64,000 nt of DNA from Pseudobdellovibrionaceae bacterium. GTDB taxonomy: Bacteria; Bdellovibrionota; Bdellovibrionia; Bdellovibrionales; UBA1609. A model generated the notes under the pieces. The model saw only the letters and a program-made list of their open reading frames with translations. It did not search any database and was not told the origin of the DNA. Of the stretch, positions 17,435 to 27,660 are shown piece by piece. The stretch lies in assembly GCA_947444305.1 (NCBI GenBank), contig CANEZP010000020.1:6703-70702 (forward strand), read 5' to 3'. How positions within the stretch are numbered: position 1 is the stretch's first letter; every line of letters begins with the position of its first letter. The translations under genes were made by a program, and so were the position numbers.

Positions 17435-19132
17435 TTATTCCATCCCGTCGGGCTGTTCGAGATTGTGACCGCGCTTGCGGCGCAGGTACGAGGGCACTTC
17501 CAGGCTTTCGCTCTCAAACGGCGAACGTGCCGGTTCGGGAGTTAGGCGCTGGGGTGAATTCTCGTCCAAGCTCATCGAAAGCTGTTCGGGTTGCACATGC
17601 CCGTCGCGGCTAACCTGGCTTTCACGGTAAGCGCGGGCTTTCGCCAACAACGCTTCGCGCGGCAAAGATTTATCGCGCGTGCCCATGTTTTGCGGCGCCG
17701 GGTTCATCGGAAAGTGCGGCTGTTGTTGATGACCGTGCTGATGTTGCGGCGGATTCAACGGCTGGCTCAACGGCTGAGAATGCTGTTGGGTGTGCGAAGG
17801 CGAAGCTTGTTGAGGGCTAGGCTGATGCAACGGCTGCTGAAAGCTCGGTTGATGTTGCTGTTGATGCTGGTGCGACTGCTGTTGCGGCTGATGCTGAGAT
17901 TGCTGTTGCTGGGGCGCGGGCTGTTGAAAATTCGGCTGCTGGTACGCTTGTTGGTACGGGGGCGCCACGGGCTGCGAAGCTTGGAGCTCAGGGGGCAAAA
18001 CCGGCGCGGGCATAGCCATCGGCATTTCGGGTTGCGAAAGTTCGGGGCTCAGGCTGATGTTTTCGAAAGATTGGTTGCCCATATCTTGCTGCAGGCGCTG
18101 CATGCCCGCGTTCATCAATTGCGCTTCGGTAGCCGCGTGCAATTTGTTGATTTGATCGGTGTTGGTTTTTACCGCGTTGGTGCCGAAGCCGGTCGCGATG
18201 ACCGTTACGCTGACCGCGTCGCCCATATTTTCGTCGATGACCGCACCGAAAATAATTTCGGCGTCGGGATGAGCGGCTTCGGTGATCAAAGTTGAAGCTT
18301 CGTTCACTTCCCACAACGTCAAGTCGGCGCCGCCGGTCACGTTGATGATTATGCCGGTCGCACCGTCGATGCAGATATTTTCGAGGAGCGGCGAAGAGAT
18401 CGCTTGCGTTGCCGCTTCGACCGCGCGGTTGTCGCCGTTGGCCCAGCCGGAGCCCATGATCGCCATGCCTTTAGCTTGCATGACCGTGCGGATATCGGCG
18501 AAATCCAGATTGATCAGACCGCGGATGTTGATCAAATCCGAAATACCTTTTACGGCGTGGAGCAAAACTTGATCGGCCTTGCGGAAAGTTTCGAGCAAGG
18601 GCGTACGCTCGCTGGCTACGGTCAATAATTTTTGATTAGGAATAACGATCAACGTATCGACGTTCTCTTGCAGTTCGCGGATACCGTCGTCGGCGTGTTT
18701 CTTACGCTTTTTACCTTCGAAGATAAACGGCTTCGTGACGACCCCGATCGTGAGCGCGCCCAGCTCTTTGGCGATCTTTGCGACGATGGGTGCACCACCC
18801 GTACCCGTTCCGCCGCCCATGCCTGCGGTAACGAAGACCATGTCCGCGCCTTCAAGCTTCGCGACGATGTCGTTGTACGATTCGATAGCCGCGCGGCGGC
18901 CGATTTCGGGATTAGCGCCCGCGCCCAAACCTTTAGTCAGCTCTTTACCGAGATTGATTTTTCCTTCGGCTTTGTTGTGCGCAAGGGCTTGCCGGTCGGT
19001 ATTCGCGACCACAAATTCCACACCTTGTAGGCCACCCTCGATCATCGTTTGAACGGCGTTACCACCGCCGCCACCGATGCCGATGACCTTGATGCTCGCG
19101 CCGAAATTCGCGTTTTCTTCTAACTCAAACAT
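17435..19132 (-). CDS. ftsZ: cell division protein FtsZ with long Q/P/H-rich linker
   Basis: [25 protein letters not shown]-terminal LEVPSYLR; ATG at 19132 after RBS GGGGGAG. Confidence 0.98.
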   Translation of the reverse strand: MFELEENANFGASIKVIGIGGGGGNAVQTMIEGGLQGVEFVVANTDRQALAHNKAEGKINLGKELTKGLGAGANPEIGRRAAIESYNDIVAKLEGADMVFVTAGMGGGTGTGGAPIVAKIAKELGALTIGVVTKPFIFEGKKRKKHADDGIRELQENVDTLIVIPNQKLLTVASERTPLLETFRKADQVLLHAVKGISDLINIRGLINLDFADIRTVMQAKGMAIMGSGWANGDNRAVEAATQAISSPLLENICIDGATGIIINVTGGADLTLWEVNEASTLITEAAHPDAEIIFGAVIDENMGDAVSVTVIATGFGTNAVKTNTDQINKLHAATEAQLMNAGMQRLQQDMGNQSFENISLSPELSQPEMPMAMPAPVLPPELQASQPVAPPYQQAYQQPNFQQPAPQQQQSQHQPQQQSHQHQQQHQPSFQQPLHQPSPQQASPSHTQQHSQPLSQPLNPPQHQHGHQQQPHFPMNPAPQNMGTRDKSLPREALLAKARAYRESQVSRDGHVQPEQLSMSLDENSPQRLTPEPARSPFESESLEVPSYLRRKRGHNLEQPDGME

Positions 19133-19195
19133 GTTGTCTCCCCCTAAAGGAACAGGCCCAGGTATTAGGATGCGCAAACGTGCGCATCCGCAATA

Positions 19196-20425
19196 TCAGA
19201 TACCGAAAAGATTCTTCATTTTCGTAGTCCAATCCGAAACCTTCGGCTCGGGACGAAGGGCATTGCCCTTTTCCTGAACCGATAGTCCGTACATCAAGAG
19301 TCCGACGACCGTCGAGCACGAGGGTTGGCGAGCGACGTCGACAAGGCCTCCTACTTTTTCGGGCCAGCCTCTGCGCACCGGTACATCGAGAACGAAATCA
19401 CCCATCTCGACTAAACCGTGCAAAAGACTTCCTCCACCGGTAAGCACAACTCCGCTGCCCAGTTTCGTCAACAAGCCTTTTTCTTCCAAATCTAAGTGAA
19501 TCAGTTCGAGCGTTTCTTCCGCACGTGCTTCAAGCACCTCGCAAAGATCGCGGCGCATAAGCGTGCGCGGTTTACGGCCGCCGACGCTTTCGACTTCGAT
19601 GGCTTCGTCTTCGCTGACCATTTCGGGCAGCGCGCATCCGTATTTTTTCTTGAGCGTTTCGCCGTGATTTTGCGTCGTCTTTAAACCGATCGCTACGTCA
19701 TGCGTAAAGTTTTGCCCGCCGACCGGAAGTAGGCCGGTGTGAATGACCGAACCCTGAAAGAACGTGATGAGATCGCAAGTGCCGCCGCCGACGTCGACCA
19801 TCGTGACGCCGAGGTTTTTTTCGTCGGGGCTTAAAACCGCCATCGACGAAGCGAGCTGTTGCAACACGATGCCTTCGACTTTGAGGCCCGCGCGTTGCGT
19901 GCACTTCATCGCGTTTTGGATCACGGCGGTGCTGCCGGTAATAATAAAGACGCTGCTCTCTAAACGGACGCCCGCCATGCCGATCGGATCGAAAATGCCG
20001 ACCTGACCGTCGATGCGGAAATCTTGGGGCAAGACGTGAAGCACTTGACGGTCTTGCGGGATAGCGACGGCTTTCGCCGCTTCGATTACGCGATCGATAT
20101 CGTCTTGTTGAACTTCTTTATTACGGATGGCGATCATGCCGCTCGACGCGAAACTTTGAATGTGTTGCCCGCCGGTGCAAAGCCAAACTTCTTCAACGCG
20201 TTGGCCGGCCATTAATTCAGCTTCGTCTTTGGCTTTTTTGATGGCTTCGGACGTGGCGTCGATGTTGACCACGACCCCGTGGCGCATGCCCGAATTCGGA
20301 GCGGTGCCTATACCGATGATGTTTAGTCGGCCATTTTCGAACCGGCCTATAGCACAGGCGACTTTGGTCGTACCAATATCAAGACCTGCGATGACCTGAG
20401 CTTGCGATGTGGCGTCCTTTGCCAT
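19196..20425 (-). CDS. ftsA: cell division protein FtsA
   Basis: LDIGTTKV, DVGGGT, VLTGGGS; adjacent to ftsZ. Confidence 0.97.
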   Translation of the reverse strand: MAKDATSQAQVIAGLDIGTTKVACAIGRFENGRLNIIGIGTAPNSGMRHGVVVNIDATSEAIKKAKDEAELMAGQRVEEVWLCTGGQHIQSFASSGMIAIRNKEVQQDDIDRVIEAAKAVAIPQDRQVLHVLPQDFRIDGQVGIFDPIGMAGVRLESSVFIITGSTAVIQNAMKCTQRAGLKVEGIVLQQLASSMAVLSPDEKNLGVTMVDVGGGTCDLITFFQGSVIHTGLLPVGGQNFTHDVAIGLKTTQNHGETLKKKYGCALPEMVSEDEAIEVESVGGRKPRTLMRRDLCEVLEARAEETLELIHLDLEEKGLLTKLGSGVVLTGGGSLLHGLVEMGDFVLDVPVRRGWPEKVGGLVDVARQPSCSTVVGLLMYGLSVQEKGNALRPEPKVSDWTTKMKNLFGI

Positions 20426-20493
20426 ATGACCCTCGACGGGAATCTGTAAAATTCATTGTGAGTCTCGAGACTTCCCTGTCCCCTATCTAAAGG

Positions 20494-21240
20494 CTAGGGA
20501 GCTTTACGCACTCTGACAACAACTTTCTTTGAGAAGCGGGCGTCGATGACGCGGCCTTTAATGTTGCGTGAGTCGAGGTAGGACAGGACCTTTTGCACGC
20601 GTGAAACCTTAGGACCAAAGTCCGTATCACCCATTTGCACTTCGGCGTCCGCTCCGCTTAAAAAAACTTTGAAGCCGTCTTTTTTGGTGTGAATAATTTC
20701 GGAAACTTTGTTTTTTGCGATCAAGCCGTCATCGGGAAAGGTCTGCAAAAGTTCGAGCGCTTTCTCGCGCAATTCGGGTTCGTCGTTCAATTCCTCGCCG
20801 CGCAAAATAGGAAGATCGGGCGCGTCCGAAACCGGCAACGCGGGCAACAAGGTTGCGTCGGTCGCAACCGGATACACGCGGCCGTCCCGCGCGAGATATG
20901 CGAGCATCGGCGTGTGCGGCTCGATCTCAATCCGCAAGCGTGACGGGAATTCGCGGAACACCGCCGCCGTCTTCACGCGCTTGTCTTTGCTCGTCACTTC
21001 GAAAACGGATTTTAGCGGAACTTGCCAGAAGTAGCGGCCTTCGTAGACCTTAAATTGTTGAGTAAGACTCGCGCGAATGCGCTGAAACAATAGATCTTCG
21101 TTGGAACTTTTCGAGAGATCGATTTGCACCGACTGAATGCGCACCCACTGCGAATTGAAAATAAGGGTGCCGCCGGCAATGAGTATACACAAACAAAGGA
21201 TGGTGATCGGCCAGCGGAGCCAGCGTAAGAGCTTCAACAT
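20494..21240 (-). CDS. ftsQ: cell division protein FtsQ/DivIB
   Basis: N-terminal TM, POTRA-like REFPSRLRIEIE, C-terminal IDARF; upstream of ftsA. Confidence 0.85.
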   Translation of the reverse strand: MLKLLRWLRWPITILCLCILIAGGTLIFNSQWVRIQSVQIDLSKSSNEDLLFQRIRASLTQQFKVYEGRYFWQVPLKSVFEVTSKDKRVKTAAVFREFPSRLRIEIEPHTPMLAYLARDGRVYPVATDATLLPALPVSDAPDLPILRGEELNDEPELREKALELLQTFPDDGLIAKNKVSEIIHTKKDGFKVFLSGADAEVQMGDTDFGPKVSRVQKVLSYLDSRNIKGRVIDARFSKKVVVRVRKAP

Positions 21241-21252
21241 GCTCCAAGCGTA

Positions 21253-23625
21253 CTAAAATCTCTTCTCCCATTGCAAGACCAGCTTCCCGACTTGCTGGTG
21301 GTCTTCGGTGGGACTCCAGCTCGCGGTCAAGACCCAGCGGCGCGATACGCGTTTACGAACTTCAAGGTGCGCGGCGCGCTCCCAATTGGTACCGACCCCG
21401 GCCGTCAAACCGTCGGCCAACTGAACGGTCGCGGTGTAAACCTTCGTGACCGCGTTGTACGAAAAGCTACGGATGGGCGTCGTCGCGAAAGCCCACAGAC
21501 CGAACAACCCGATCGCGCGGTCGGCCATGGCGGCGTTCACCCCACCGGCGGTGTCGGCGTCGGCCGAAACAAGCTCGCCGCTAACCCGGTCAAACAACAA
21601 CACCGAAATGATGTCGGCGCGCTCGAGGTAAGGTTCACTGTTAAGGTTGATGATCGGTGAACCCGCGGTGCCCGCAATGTCGACGAAAATTTTGTAAGCC
21701 GTCTGATCAATGCGCAAACGGCCGCCGATCGGGAAATCACCGTCTTCGTTTTCGGTCAGCGTCATTTGCAAGCGCTCGAGCATTACTTTGCGGCGCAGGT
21801 AAGTCAGTGTGAACGGCTCAAGGCGCAACGAGCCTGATGACTCACCTTGCTTATTATTATTCACGTCGACGGTGATCGGCGCGTACGGGTCGGCCAACTT
21901 AGACAACAGTTTTACCGCGCCGGGATTTACCGTCTTAACATCGAAGAAAACCCGCATTTTAAAGGCCGAAGACTTTTTCGGTTCCGCTTGCTTGAAAACC
22001 AGTCGTGAATCGGTCTTGAGCGAGGGAATCCCGCGGATGGGATCGATCGGCGGCAATTCAATCTTCAGCTCTTTGATCAAGGTCTGCACGATGACGTCTA
22101 GAGATTTAAAATCACGCGTGAGGTTGAGCCGTACCGTCGATTCGATATCGATCTTCTGCGTGGGCGAGTTTAGCGCGACCTTGATGTCGACGGCGGTGCG
22201 GATCAACTTATCGTCGTGATCGACCGAACCCCGCGCGAGCAAAGAAATTTTGCCGTCGAGAATATCCAGCGGCGCGGGAATCATTACGTTACGCGCGTCT
22301 AGGAATTGCCTTAGCCCTTGGAAGCTCTGCACGAGCACGCTTGAGTCTAAACGCGGCTCAAGAATCCATTCCTCGCCTAATTTATTTACCTTCAGGTGAG
22401 CGTTCAGATTGACCGTTAGAAGTTTATTGTCGACGCCCTCGACGGAAAGTTTCGAATCGAGAACCGTAGTGCTGTCGGCCGGCTTGCCTAACAAGTGCTC
22501 AAGCCACGCGCGTCCTTCGTAGGTCACGACCAAGCGCTCGGGGATTTTGCAGCGGCAAGATTTTTCGAGCGGCGGCCGCATATCTTTATCGACGAAGAAT
22601 AAGTCGGCCGGAAACCAAACCTTGAAAGCCGCGGGACGTTCGCTCCATGCGTAACCGTTATCGAAAGGCACGCGCAGCTCAGCCTCGAGCTTCTCGATCT
22701 TCACCATCGGTCCGGGTATGTTGATCACGGGGGATTGAAGTTTAAGAAAAGCTTCGGCCGCCGTCATCGTCACGTTTAACTTCGGATGCGCTTTGATTTC
22801 TTTGCCCGGCTCACCGACCGCGAGATCCGATTCGGTTTCAAACTTCGCGGTCTCGCCTTGGTAAAATCCCGAAGCGGCCGTTTTAATCTTCCAGCCTTTA
22901 CCCGCGCCTTCGGCATCAAGCTTTAAAAAAGGCGCGGCAACGTCCAATTTCGTCGTGTCCGCCCAACCCTTCGCCGCAAATTTGTTCACGCCGTCCGCGA
23001 ACGTGACTTCGAAATCCGCCAGGGCTTTGTTCTGATCTTTGCCCGGCTTTGTAAGCTTCGCACTGATGATCGATTCCGATTTGCCGTCGCTAGAAAGCAA
23101 CGCAAACTTGGGCACTTGAAGATTCATGTTTTCAACCGTCAGCCACTTCGAACCGGTCTTCAGATATTCAAGGTAGGTTTGGAATTGTTCGAAAGGACTC
23201 TGCGCCGTTTTCGCCGCCGGTTCTTCGGCCGAGCTTCGGAACGAAGCGCTTTCGCCGGTCGCCACTTTTAACTCTCGGAAAGATAGCAAGGGCCCGGGCT
23301 GGAAGAAGCTCAGCGCGAATTTCATCGAAGCTTGCTCGACCGGGAGATGTATTTCCGGGCTGCCTTTATCGACGGTCAACTTTGCCGTCGACCAATCGAT
23401 TTCCCAATTGCGCCAAGTGACTCGCTTGGCGTCGAAATCCATTTGCTCCCATTTTATTTTTAGATCCGCGGGTAAAACATATTTTTCCGCCAGCGCGAAG
23501 GCTTTGCGGGGATTATTAACCGCCCAGAACACCGCGCCGGCGGTCGATAACAACAGTACGGCCACGAGGATTAAAACCGACGCGATCGCTACCTTTACCC
23601 GCCGTAACCAAACATCTTCCTTCAT
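21253..23625 (-). CDS. TamB/AsmA-like protein (DUF490-like C-terminus)
   Basis: N-terminal membrane anchor, beta-rich body, GTAGSP-I-LNSEPYL...DIISVLLF motif, terminal WEKRF; translationally coupled to the Omp85 gene. Confidence 0.7.
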   Translation of the reverse strand: MKEDVWLRRVKVAIASVLILVAVLLLSTAGAVFWAVNNPRKAFALAEKYVLPADLKIKWEQMDFDAKRVTWRNWEIDWSTAKLTVDKGSPEIHLPVEQASMKFALSFFQPGPLLSFRELKVATGESASFRSSAEEPAAKTAQSPFEQFQTYLEYLKTGSKWLTVENMNLQVPKFALLSSDGKSESIISAKLTKPGKDQNKALADFEVTFADGVNKFAAKGWADTTKLDVAAPFLKLDAEGAGKGWKIKTAASGFYQGETAKFETESDLAVGEPGKEIKAHPKLNVTMTAAEAFLKLQSPVINIPGPMVKIEKLEAELRVPFDNGYAWSERPAAFKVWFPADLFFVDKDMRPPLEKSCRCKIPERLVVTYEGRAWLEHLLGKPADSTTVLDSKLSVEGVDNKLLTVNLNAHLKVNKLGEEWILEPRLDSSVLVQSFQGLRQFLDARNVMIPAPLDILDGKISLLARGSVDHDDKLIRTAVDIKVALNSPTQKIDIESTVRLNLTRDFKSLDVIVQTLIKELKIELPPIDPIRGIPSLKTDSRLVFKQAEPKKSSAFKMRVFFDVKTVNPGAVKLLSKLADPYAPITVDVNNNKQGESSGSLRLEPFTLTYLRRKVMLERLQMTLTENEDGDFPIGGRLRIDQTAYKIFVDIAGTAGSPIINLNSEPYLERADIISVLLFDRVSGELVSADADTAGGVNAAMADRAIGLFGLWAFATTPIRSFSYNAVTKVYTATVQLADGLTAGVGTNWERAAHLEVRKRVSRRWVLTASWSPTEDHQQVGKLVLQWEKRF

Positions 23626-25358
23626 TAAAACTCCTGGCCAAAGCTAAGGAAGAAAACCCACTCTTGCGGATACATGGCGGTGTCCTGGTTTTCGTTATAA
23701 ATCCTTCCGCGCGCGGCCGACCCGCGCAAAGTGCCGAACGGCGAAGGCCAGCGTAACCCGAGACCCCACGAAGTAAAAATAGGATCATCGAGATTGGCCC
23801 GACCATCACCGAGCTTGGCGATGTCGTAGAGCACAAAGGGCTCGAGATGGTACGGCAGCTGTTCAATCAGCCGCATCTCGAAACCGGCGTAGCCCGCGGT
23901 AAGATAACCAAAATCATTGTTATTCAAGATTTTGCGTCCGAAGCCACGGAGGTTGTCGTCGCCCCCGAAAAATACGCGGTAATCACTAGGCAGTTTTTTT
24001 GCGTTCGGATCCCGAAGATCGGTCTTGCTGTTCACACTCGTAAGTTCGAATCGTGTGCCCAGCACCACCAACGGGGGCGAGAAGCCGCCGAGATTGAAGA
24101 GCTGCTTATAATTAAATTGGTATTTATCGACGTTCAAATAAGATCCGAGTTCGGCCCGTTGACCGCTGTAATCCAGGCTGGCCTGCCAGCCCTCGAACTG
24201 TGTTGATAAACCAGATTCATAGACATGATTCATCGCGAGCAATGAAGCATCGTAAGAAAGGAACAAGACGTCCCTGGGGCCTTTTCCCTTGACGGTATTG
24301 ACGTAGTTCAACGTCGGACCCGCGCGGCCGCGCCAGCGTACGCTCCACTTATCCCAGTTGCGGCCGACGTCGGCGCCCGCCTTGCCCGAGAGTTCTTCCA
24401 AAAAACGTTCGGTCTTGCGGGCCGTTTGAAAACGCGGGCCGAAGTAGCCTCGCTTAGTGAACGGTAGAATATAAAGTTCGGTCCCGAGATTGAAACGTTG
24501 GACCCGCGGCGAAGCGTACAGCGTTGCGGTTAGCGAAGACGCCCGGCCGTCTAACTTTGTATTTTTAAACCAAATATCCAGAAACGGGAATTCTTCGGTC
24601 GAGGCACCCACACCGAACCGGAACAGTCTTGGCCGGCCCACGTCGGCGCGCAAATGCAAATCGACCTGATCGCCCCGGCAAGACGAGGTGAAGTAAGCGC
24701 TTTGGATCAAACCGTCCGATAAAAGCCGGTTGACCGAAAGTTGTGTTTCGCGAACGTCGTACCAATCCCCCGCTTCGAACGCGAGGTATCTTGCGAGCGT
24801 GTCCTCGTCTAAATTGTCGAGCCCCGTACGGCGAATGCCCGCGACCGTCTGCCGAATACCCGGGTTAACCGAAACGTTGACGAGCCCGTCCCAAACTTGC
24901 GCTTTGACGTCAACTTGCGGGCAGGCATAGCCCTTACTCCGCAAGTCGGTATCGGCCCACTGATTGATTTCATCTAATTTTGCCGGCGTGATCGTTTCGC
25001 CGATGACTTTTCGTTTCTTACTACCTTCGAGCAATCCGTCGGCGCCATGAACCTTAAGATCTTTGAAAACGGTACGCGGGCCCGACCACACGTCGAGCCG
25101 GTCGCCGGTACGCTCGAAGCGCGGCGTGAGGTATCCACTCTCCTGCAAGAGAACATTTAACTGATACTGCGCTTGGGGTATCGGCACATCACGCCAGCCC
25201 TCGCCGCCTTTGGGGCTTCCGCAAACGATAACTTGTTCGTTAGAAGAGAGCTCAAGCCGGCCCTCCTTCAACGTAACGTTGTCGCATAATTTAGTTTCCT
25301 TGTGAGCACAGGATAAGAAGAGGAAACAGGGAATAAAAAGGGCGAGCGCGCGCATCAC
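23625..25358 (-). CDS. Omp85/TamA-like outer membrane protein with lipoprotein signal
   Basis: Lipobox-like FLSC, POTRA-like domains, FGGDDNLRGF, GLGLRWPSPFGTLR, C-terminal FSFGQEF. Confidence 0.85.
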   Translation of the reverse strand: MMRALALFIPCFLFLSCAHKETKLCDNVTLKEGRLELSSNEQVIVCGSPKGGEGWRDVPIPQAQYQLNVLLQESGYLTPRFERTGDRLDVWSGPRTVFKDLKVHGADGLLEGSKKRKVIGETITPAKLDEINQWADTDLRSKGYACPQVDVKAQVWDGLVNVSVNPGIRQTVAGIRRTGLDNLDEDTLARYLAFEAGDWYDVRETQLSVNRLLSDGLIQSAYFTSSCRGDQVDLHLRADVGRPRLFRFGVGASTEEFPFLDIWFKNTKLDGRASSLTATLYASPRVQRFNLGTELYILPFTKRGYFGPRFQTARKTERFLEELSGKAGADVGRNWDKWSVRWRGRAGPTLNYVNTVKGKGPRDVLFLSYDASLLAMNHVYESGLSTQFEGWQASLDYSGQRAELGSYLNVDKYQFNYKQLFNLGGFSPPLVVLGTRFELTSVNSKTDLRDPNAKKLPSDYRVFFGGDDNLRGFGRKILNNNDFGYLTAGYAGFEMRLIEQLPYHLEPFVLYDIAKLGDGRANLDDPIFTSWGLGLRWPSPFGTLRGSAARGRIYNENQDTAMYPQEWVFFLSFGQEF

Positions 25359-25396
25359 GCATTTGTACGTTTATCAGCGGCGGTCCTCAACCTTTT

Positions 25397-26302
25397 TTAA
25401 ATTTCTTTAGACCACCGGCCGAGGTACTTCACCTCAGTTTCGAAGATGACTCCGAACTGCTTTTTCACTTCGGTTTTTACGTGTTCGATGATGTTTTGCA
25501 CGTCCGTCGCGGTCGCGCCGCCGACGTTAACGATAAAATTAGCGTGTTTAGGTGAAACCTGCGCGCCACCTACCTTATAGCCTTTCAGACCCGCCTTCTC
25601 GATCAGCGCGCCGGCGTGGTGGCCCGGTGGGTTTTTGAAGGTACTACCGCAACTCGGGAGCTCGAGGGGCTGCCGCGCGAGTCTGTTCTTCGTCGCTTCA
25701 CGAACTTTTAGCGGTATCTGCTCGTCGGCTTCGTTGGGCCAACTCACCTGCGCACGCACGATGATACCGGGCTGCCATCCGTCGGTGTGCCGGTAGTGCC
25801 ATTGAGCTTCGTCTTTATTCAAGCGCCGCAACGGCAGCTCGGGCTTGGAGAGATCGATAAATTCAAACCAATCGGTGATCTCGGTAAACTCGCGGGGCGC
25901 GACTTTCTCGCCGATGCCGGCGTTCATGACGACGCCGCCGCCGATATCCCCCGGTAGTCCGCAGAGAAAGAGTGCCGGCGCCAGCTTTCGCTTCATGTAG
26001 ATCTTGGTTAACTCGGACTTCATCGTTCCCGCGAGTGCCACCACGGTGACACGGTCGCCCTCTTCTTTAACTTCACAGGCGTTGAGTTGCTTCATCGCGA
26101 TGACCAATCCTTCAACGCCTAAATCGCTGACGAGAACGTTCGTGCCACCACCGAGGATCGTAACCGGAATTTTTTTAGTTTGCGCGAAGCGGACCGCTTC
26201 GCGAACTTCCTCGATGGATTGTGGCAGGCAGAAGTAATCCGCCGGCCCGCCGATCTTCCACCAAGTCCAATCTTTGAGCGCGACGTTCTCGCGGATTTCC
26301 AT
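25397..26302 (-). CDS. murB: UDP-N-acetylmuramate dehydrogenase
   Basis: IGGPA, GGGTNVLV, MNAG, QP-SCGSTFKNP, HANFIVN. Confidence 0.97.
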   Translation of the reverse strand: MEIRENVALKDWTWWKIGGPADYFCLPQSIEEVREAVRFAQTKKIPVTILGGGTNVLVSDLGVEGLVIAMKQLNACEVKEEGDRVTVVALAGTMKSELTKIYMKRKLAPALFLCGLPGDIGGGVVMNAGIGEKVAPREFTEITDWFEFIDLSKPELPLRRLNKDEAQWHYRHTDGWQPGIIVRAQVSWPNEADEQIPLKVREATKNRLARQPLELPSCGSTFKNPPGHHAGALIEKAGLKGYKVGGAQVSPKHANFIVNVGGATATDVQNIIEHVKTEVKKQFGVIFETEVKYLGRWSKEI

Positions 26303-27660
26303 CAGGTGCCCTTGATCATGCTTTCGGTCATCTGTTCACCGAGCTTCGAAATATCACCCGCGCCTAACGTGAGCATGATGTCACCCGGTTTGAGGAAGTC
26401 GCGTACGGCATTCAACTGCGGATCTTCCTGGCGGGAGATAAAGCGGCGGTCTTTATGTACGATTTGTTCAACCAGCAGCGGTCCCGACACGCCGTCGACC
26501 GGTGCTTCGCCCGCGGCGTAAATGTCGGTCACGAACAAAACATCGGCGTCGGTAAAACATTTTAAGAAATCATCCCAGCAAATTTTCGTGCGTGAGTACC
26601 GGTGCGGTTGGAAGACCGTCACTAATCTCCGCTCGGGAAAGCGCTCTTTGAAACCGGCAAGCACGGCGCGCACTTCGGTCGGATGATGGCCGTAGTCGTC
26701 GTAGAAGTCTATTCCACGAATGGTGGCTTTGTGTTGAAAGCGGCGGTCAACTCCGCCGAAGCTACCGATGGCTTTCGCGGCCGTTTCGAAGGAGATTCCG
26801 GCCTGCATGCCCGCGAGGATCGCCGCGATGGAGTTAAGCGCGTTATGTTGGCCCGGCATCGAGGGTCGCATCTCGCCGCATTTTTTGCCCTCGAATCTGA
26901 CGTCCCAATGCGACTCCCGCTTTTCGATGACGTAATCATTGTGCTCTTGCAAACCGTAAGAGATCCAGCGTTTACCGAAGTTTTTAAACAGCTTCATCAA
27001 GTTCGCGTCGTCACCGCAAACGATCGCGACGCCGTAAAAGGGGATGCGGGTCGCGAAATCTAGAAACGCGTTCTCAAGGTTTTGGAATGTTTTGTAGTAA
27101 TCCAGGTGATCGTTATCGATGTTCGTGATGATCACGATTTCGGGGCTCAAGTGCGTGAAGCTGCCGTCGCTTTCGTCCGCCTCGGCGATCAACCAATCGC
27201 CCTTACCTAAAGCCGCGGTCGATTTAATCACGTCCAACCGGCCGCCGACGATGATCGTCGGATCGAGGCCCGCTTGCAAAAAGATCGATGAAGTTAAACT
27301 CGTCGTGGTGGTTTTACCGTGAGTGCCCGCGACCGCGATACCGCGTTTGAGATTCATGATTTCGGCCAGCGCTTCGGCCCGGCGGATGAGCGGAATCTTT
27401 TTTTTACGCGCGGCTTTGAATTCAACGTTGTCTTCTTTAACGGCGCTAGAATAAACGACCACTTCGCTTTCGCCGAGGTTGGCTTCTTCGTGCCCTCGAT
27501 AAACGGGGATGCCGATTTCTTTCAGACGCACGGTTTGCATATTTTCGCCGGCGTCGCTGCCGGTGACTTGCGCACCTAAATTGTGCAGCAGCTCGGCCAA
27601 GCCGCACATGCCGATACCGCCGACGCCGATGAAGTGAACTTTGGCCCTAGCGAGTCGCAT
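26302..27660 (-). CDS. murC: UDP-N-acetylmuramate--L-alanine ligase
   Basis: HFIGVGGIGM, GTHGKTTT, EADESD, DDYGHHPTE, FQPHRYSRT. Confidence 0.98.
   Translation of the reverse strand: MRLARAKVHFIGVGGIGMCGLAELLHNLGAQVTGSDAGENMQTVRLKEIGIPVYRGHEEANLGESEVVVYSSAVKEDNVEFKAARKKKIPLIRRAEALAEIMNLKRGIAVAGTHGKTTTTSLTSSIFLQAGLDPTIIVGGRLDVIKSTAALGKGDWLIAEADESDGSFTHLSPEIVIITNIDNDHLDYYKTFQNLENAFLDFATRIPFYGVAIVCGDDANLMKLFKNFGKRWISYGLQEHNDYVIEKRESHWDVRFEGKKCGEMRPSMPGQHNALNSIAAILAGMQAGISFETAAKAIGSFGGVDRRFQHKATIRGIDFYDDYGHHPTEVRAVLAGFKERFPERRLVTVFQPHRYSRTKICWDDFLKCFTDADVLFVTDIYAAGEAPVDGVSGPLLVEQIVHKDRRFISRQEDPQLNAVRDFLKPGDIMLTLGAGDISKLGEQMTESMIKGT

Noticed and set aside
17591-18295. 234-aa plus-strand Leu/Arg-rich ORF and the many other antisense or alternative-frame ORFs in the track
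   Set aside because: These are shadow ORFs of real genes (here, antisense to the FtsZ Gln-rich linker) and show no recognisable motifs.
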